From: Lama glama
Lineage: Eukaryota
Direction of reading: 5' to 3'
Length of the DNA stretch: 64,000 nt
Assembly: GCA_028534125.1 (NCBI GenBank)
Contig: CM052816.1
Location: 39,558,001-39,622,000 of the forward strand
The translations under genes and the position numbers were made by a program. Positions within the stretch are counted from its first letter, which is position 1. The number at the start of each line of letters is the position of its first letter. The notes beneath the pieces are model-generated. The model was not told where the DNA came from. It ran no database searches and saw only the letters and a program-made list of their open reading frames with translations. Below, piece after piece: positions 62,910 to 64,000 of this stretch.

Positions 62910-64000
62910 TTTTTTTTTAAACCATGTACAAAAAACTATTACTAGCGGACACCTGAAAATACGTTGTCTTCTCATCCTAACTGAAAAGGTACTGTTATCA
63001 TAATTTCTATTAGTATTACTTCTGTGGAAAGGCAGAATCCACACCGTCTAAATTTCTTGCGGCAAAGTCTCTGCCTTGGCATGTTTGAGCGCTTTGGCTC
63101 TTTTTCTTATTGTCCTCAGATTGATGGATTCTCTATTTCCTAATATTGATACCACTATCACTAACAACAATAAATGGGGTTTTCAACCAAGAGTGAGTGA
63201 CGTTGGTGGTTCTGTGAAGCACAGGGGTGGGAAGGGGCAAAGAAGTAACATCTGGGCAACTGTTCTCAGGGCCCGAGTCCTGAGGCTGGACTGTGAACAA
63301 CCGCTCAAGCCAGAATTGCCATGGGATGCTGACTGACTTGCCCCAAGTCAGGGACTCAGTCCAGGAACGTGGTCTATGTTCTCAATTCTCCATTTACCCT
63401 GGACATAAAAGTTTGAAAATTTGAAGGAGTAAGGCCTATAGGTACTGAGCCATTTTGTAAGGGAACTCCGTCTCAATAAGAGCTTAGTAAGGACTGGAAC
63501 TTATGGTGGGGCTCTCCTGTTCCAGCTCTTTCATAGATGAATCCCCCCAAAGAGAGACAACCTCCTCGAGGTCACATAGCAAATAACTTAGACTCACCCC
63601 CGAGTACGTCTTCCTTTAGAGCCTGGGTTTCCCAGCCCACCAGCGGTTTGCCGTCTACACTTTGAGATATTCCCACAACTCCAGAGAAGGCCTCAGAAGT
63701 CTTGATAGGGTGGGAGTTAGAAATTACTCTATGCTTTTATCTATTGTATATATTCAATGTTCAGAGATGATGTATGATTTCAAATACTTTTCTATTATTT
63801 AAAATAATTTGAAAACTCTTCAATATTTTTTTCCTATCCACTTCTTAATTCTATCATATTCCAAAGGATAGAGGTAGATGGGGTGGGTATATGTGCCAGA
63901 CAAACTGAATTACTGTCTCCCCCAGCCATTCAGCCAGCCATGCTCTGCTCTTAATATACATATATGTGTATATATTCATGTATATTATGCACTTATACAT

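Noticed and set aside
1..64000. Naming the host gene; prokaryotic systems such as CRISPR or operons
   Set aside because: No coding exon to anchor a gene symbol; the sequence is mammalian and has no repeat-spacer array

Overview
Mammalian genomic DNA, AT-rich and repeat-dense. The L1 3' UTR sequences suggest a cetartiodactyl, most likely a camelid (from recall, not a database search). I recognise no intact protein-coding gene, rRNA, tRNA or CRISPR array. The supplied ORFs are shadow ORFs, repeat fragments or artefacts of a 500-N gap. Content: 5'-truncated L1s (one with a clear TSD, one with a 5' inversion), ERV solo LTRs (one nested pair), MaLR LTRs, MIR/L2 relics, a Tigger1 fragment and hAT-type MERs. 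Three promoter-like regions stand out. (1) A CpG island at ~16.9-17.8 kb with a strong + strand splice donor, probably a non-coding first exon of an unidentified gene. (2) A CpG-rich minus-strand CCAAT/GC/TATA/initiator/donor module at ~54.3-54.4 kb that appears to be built from an orphan old L1 5' UTR and may drive a spliced antisense lncRNA; this is the best candidate for something undescribed. (3) A + strand E-box/TATA/donor module at ~62.8 kb. Also notable are a 74-nt pre-miRNA-like hairpin at 45.1 kb and a probable L1 3' transduction inserted into an LTR at 51.7 kb. Repeat family names come from recalled consensus sequences, and boundaries are approximate unless termini or TSDs are quoted.
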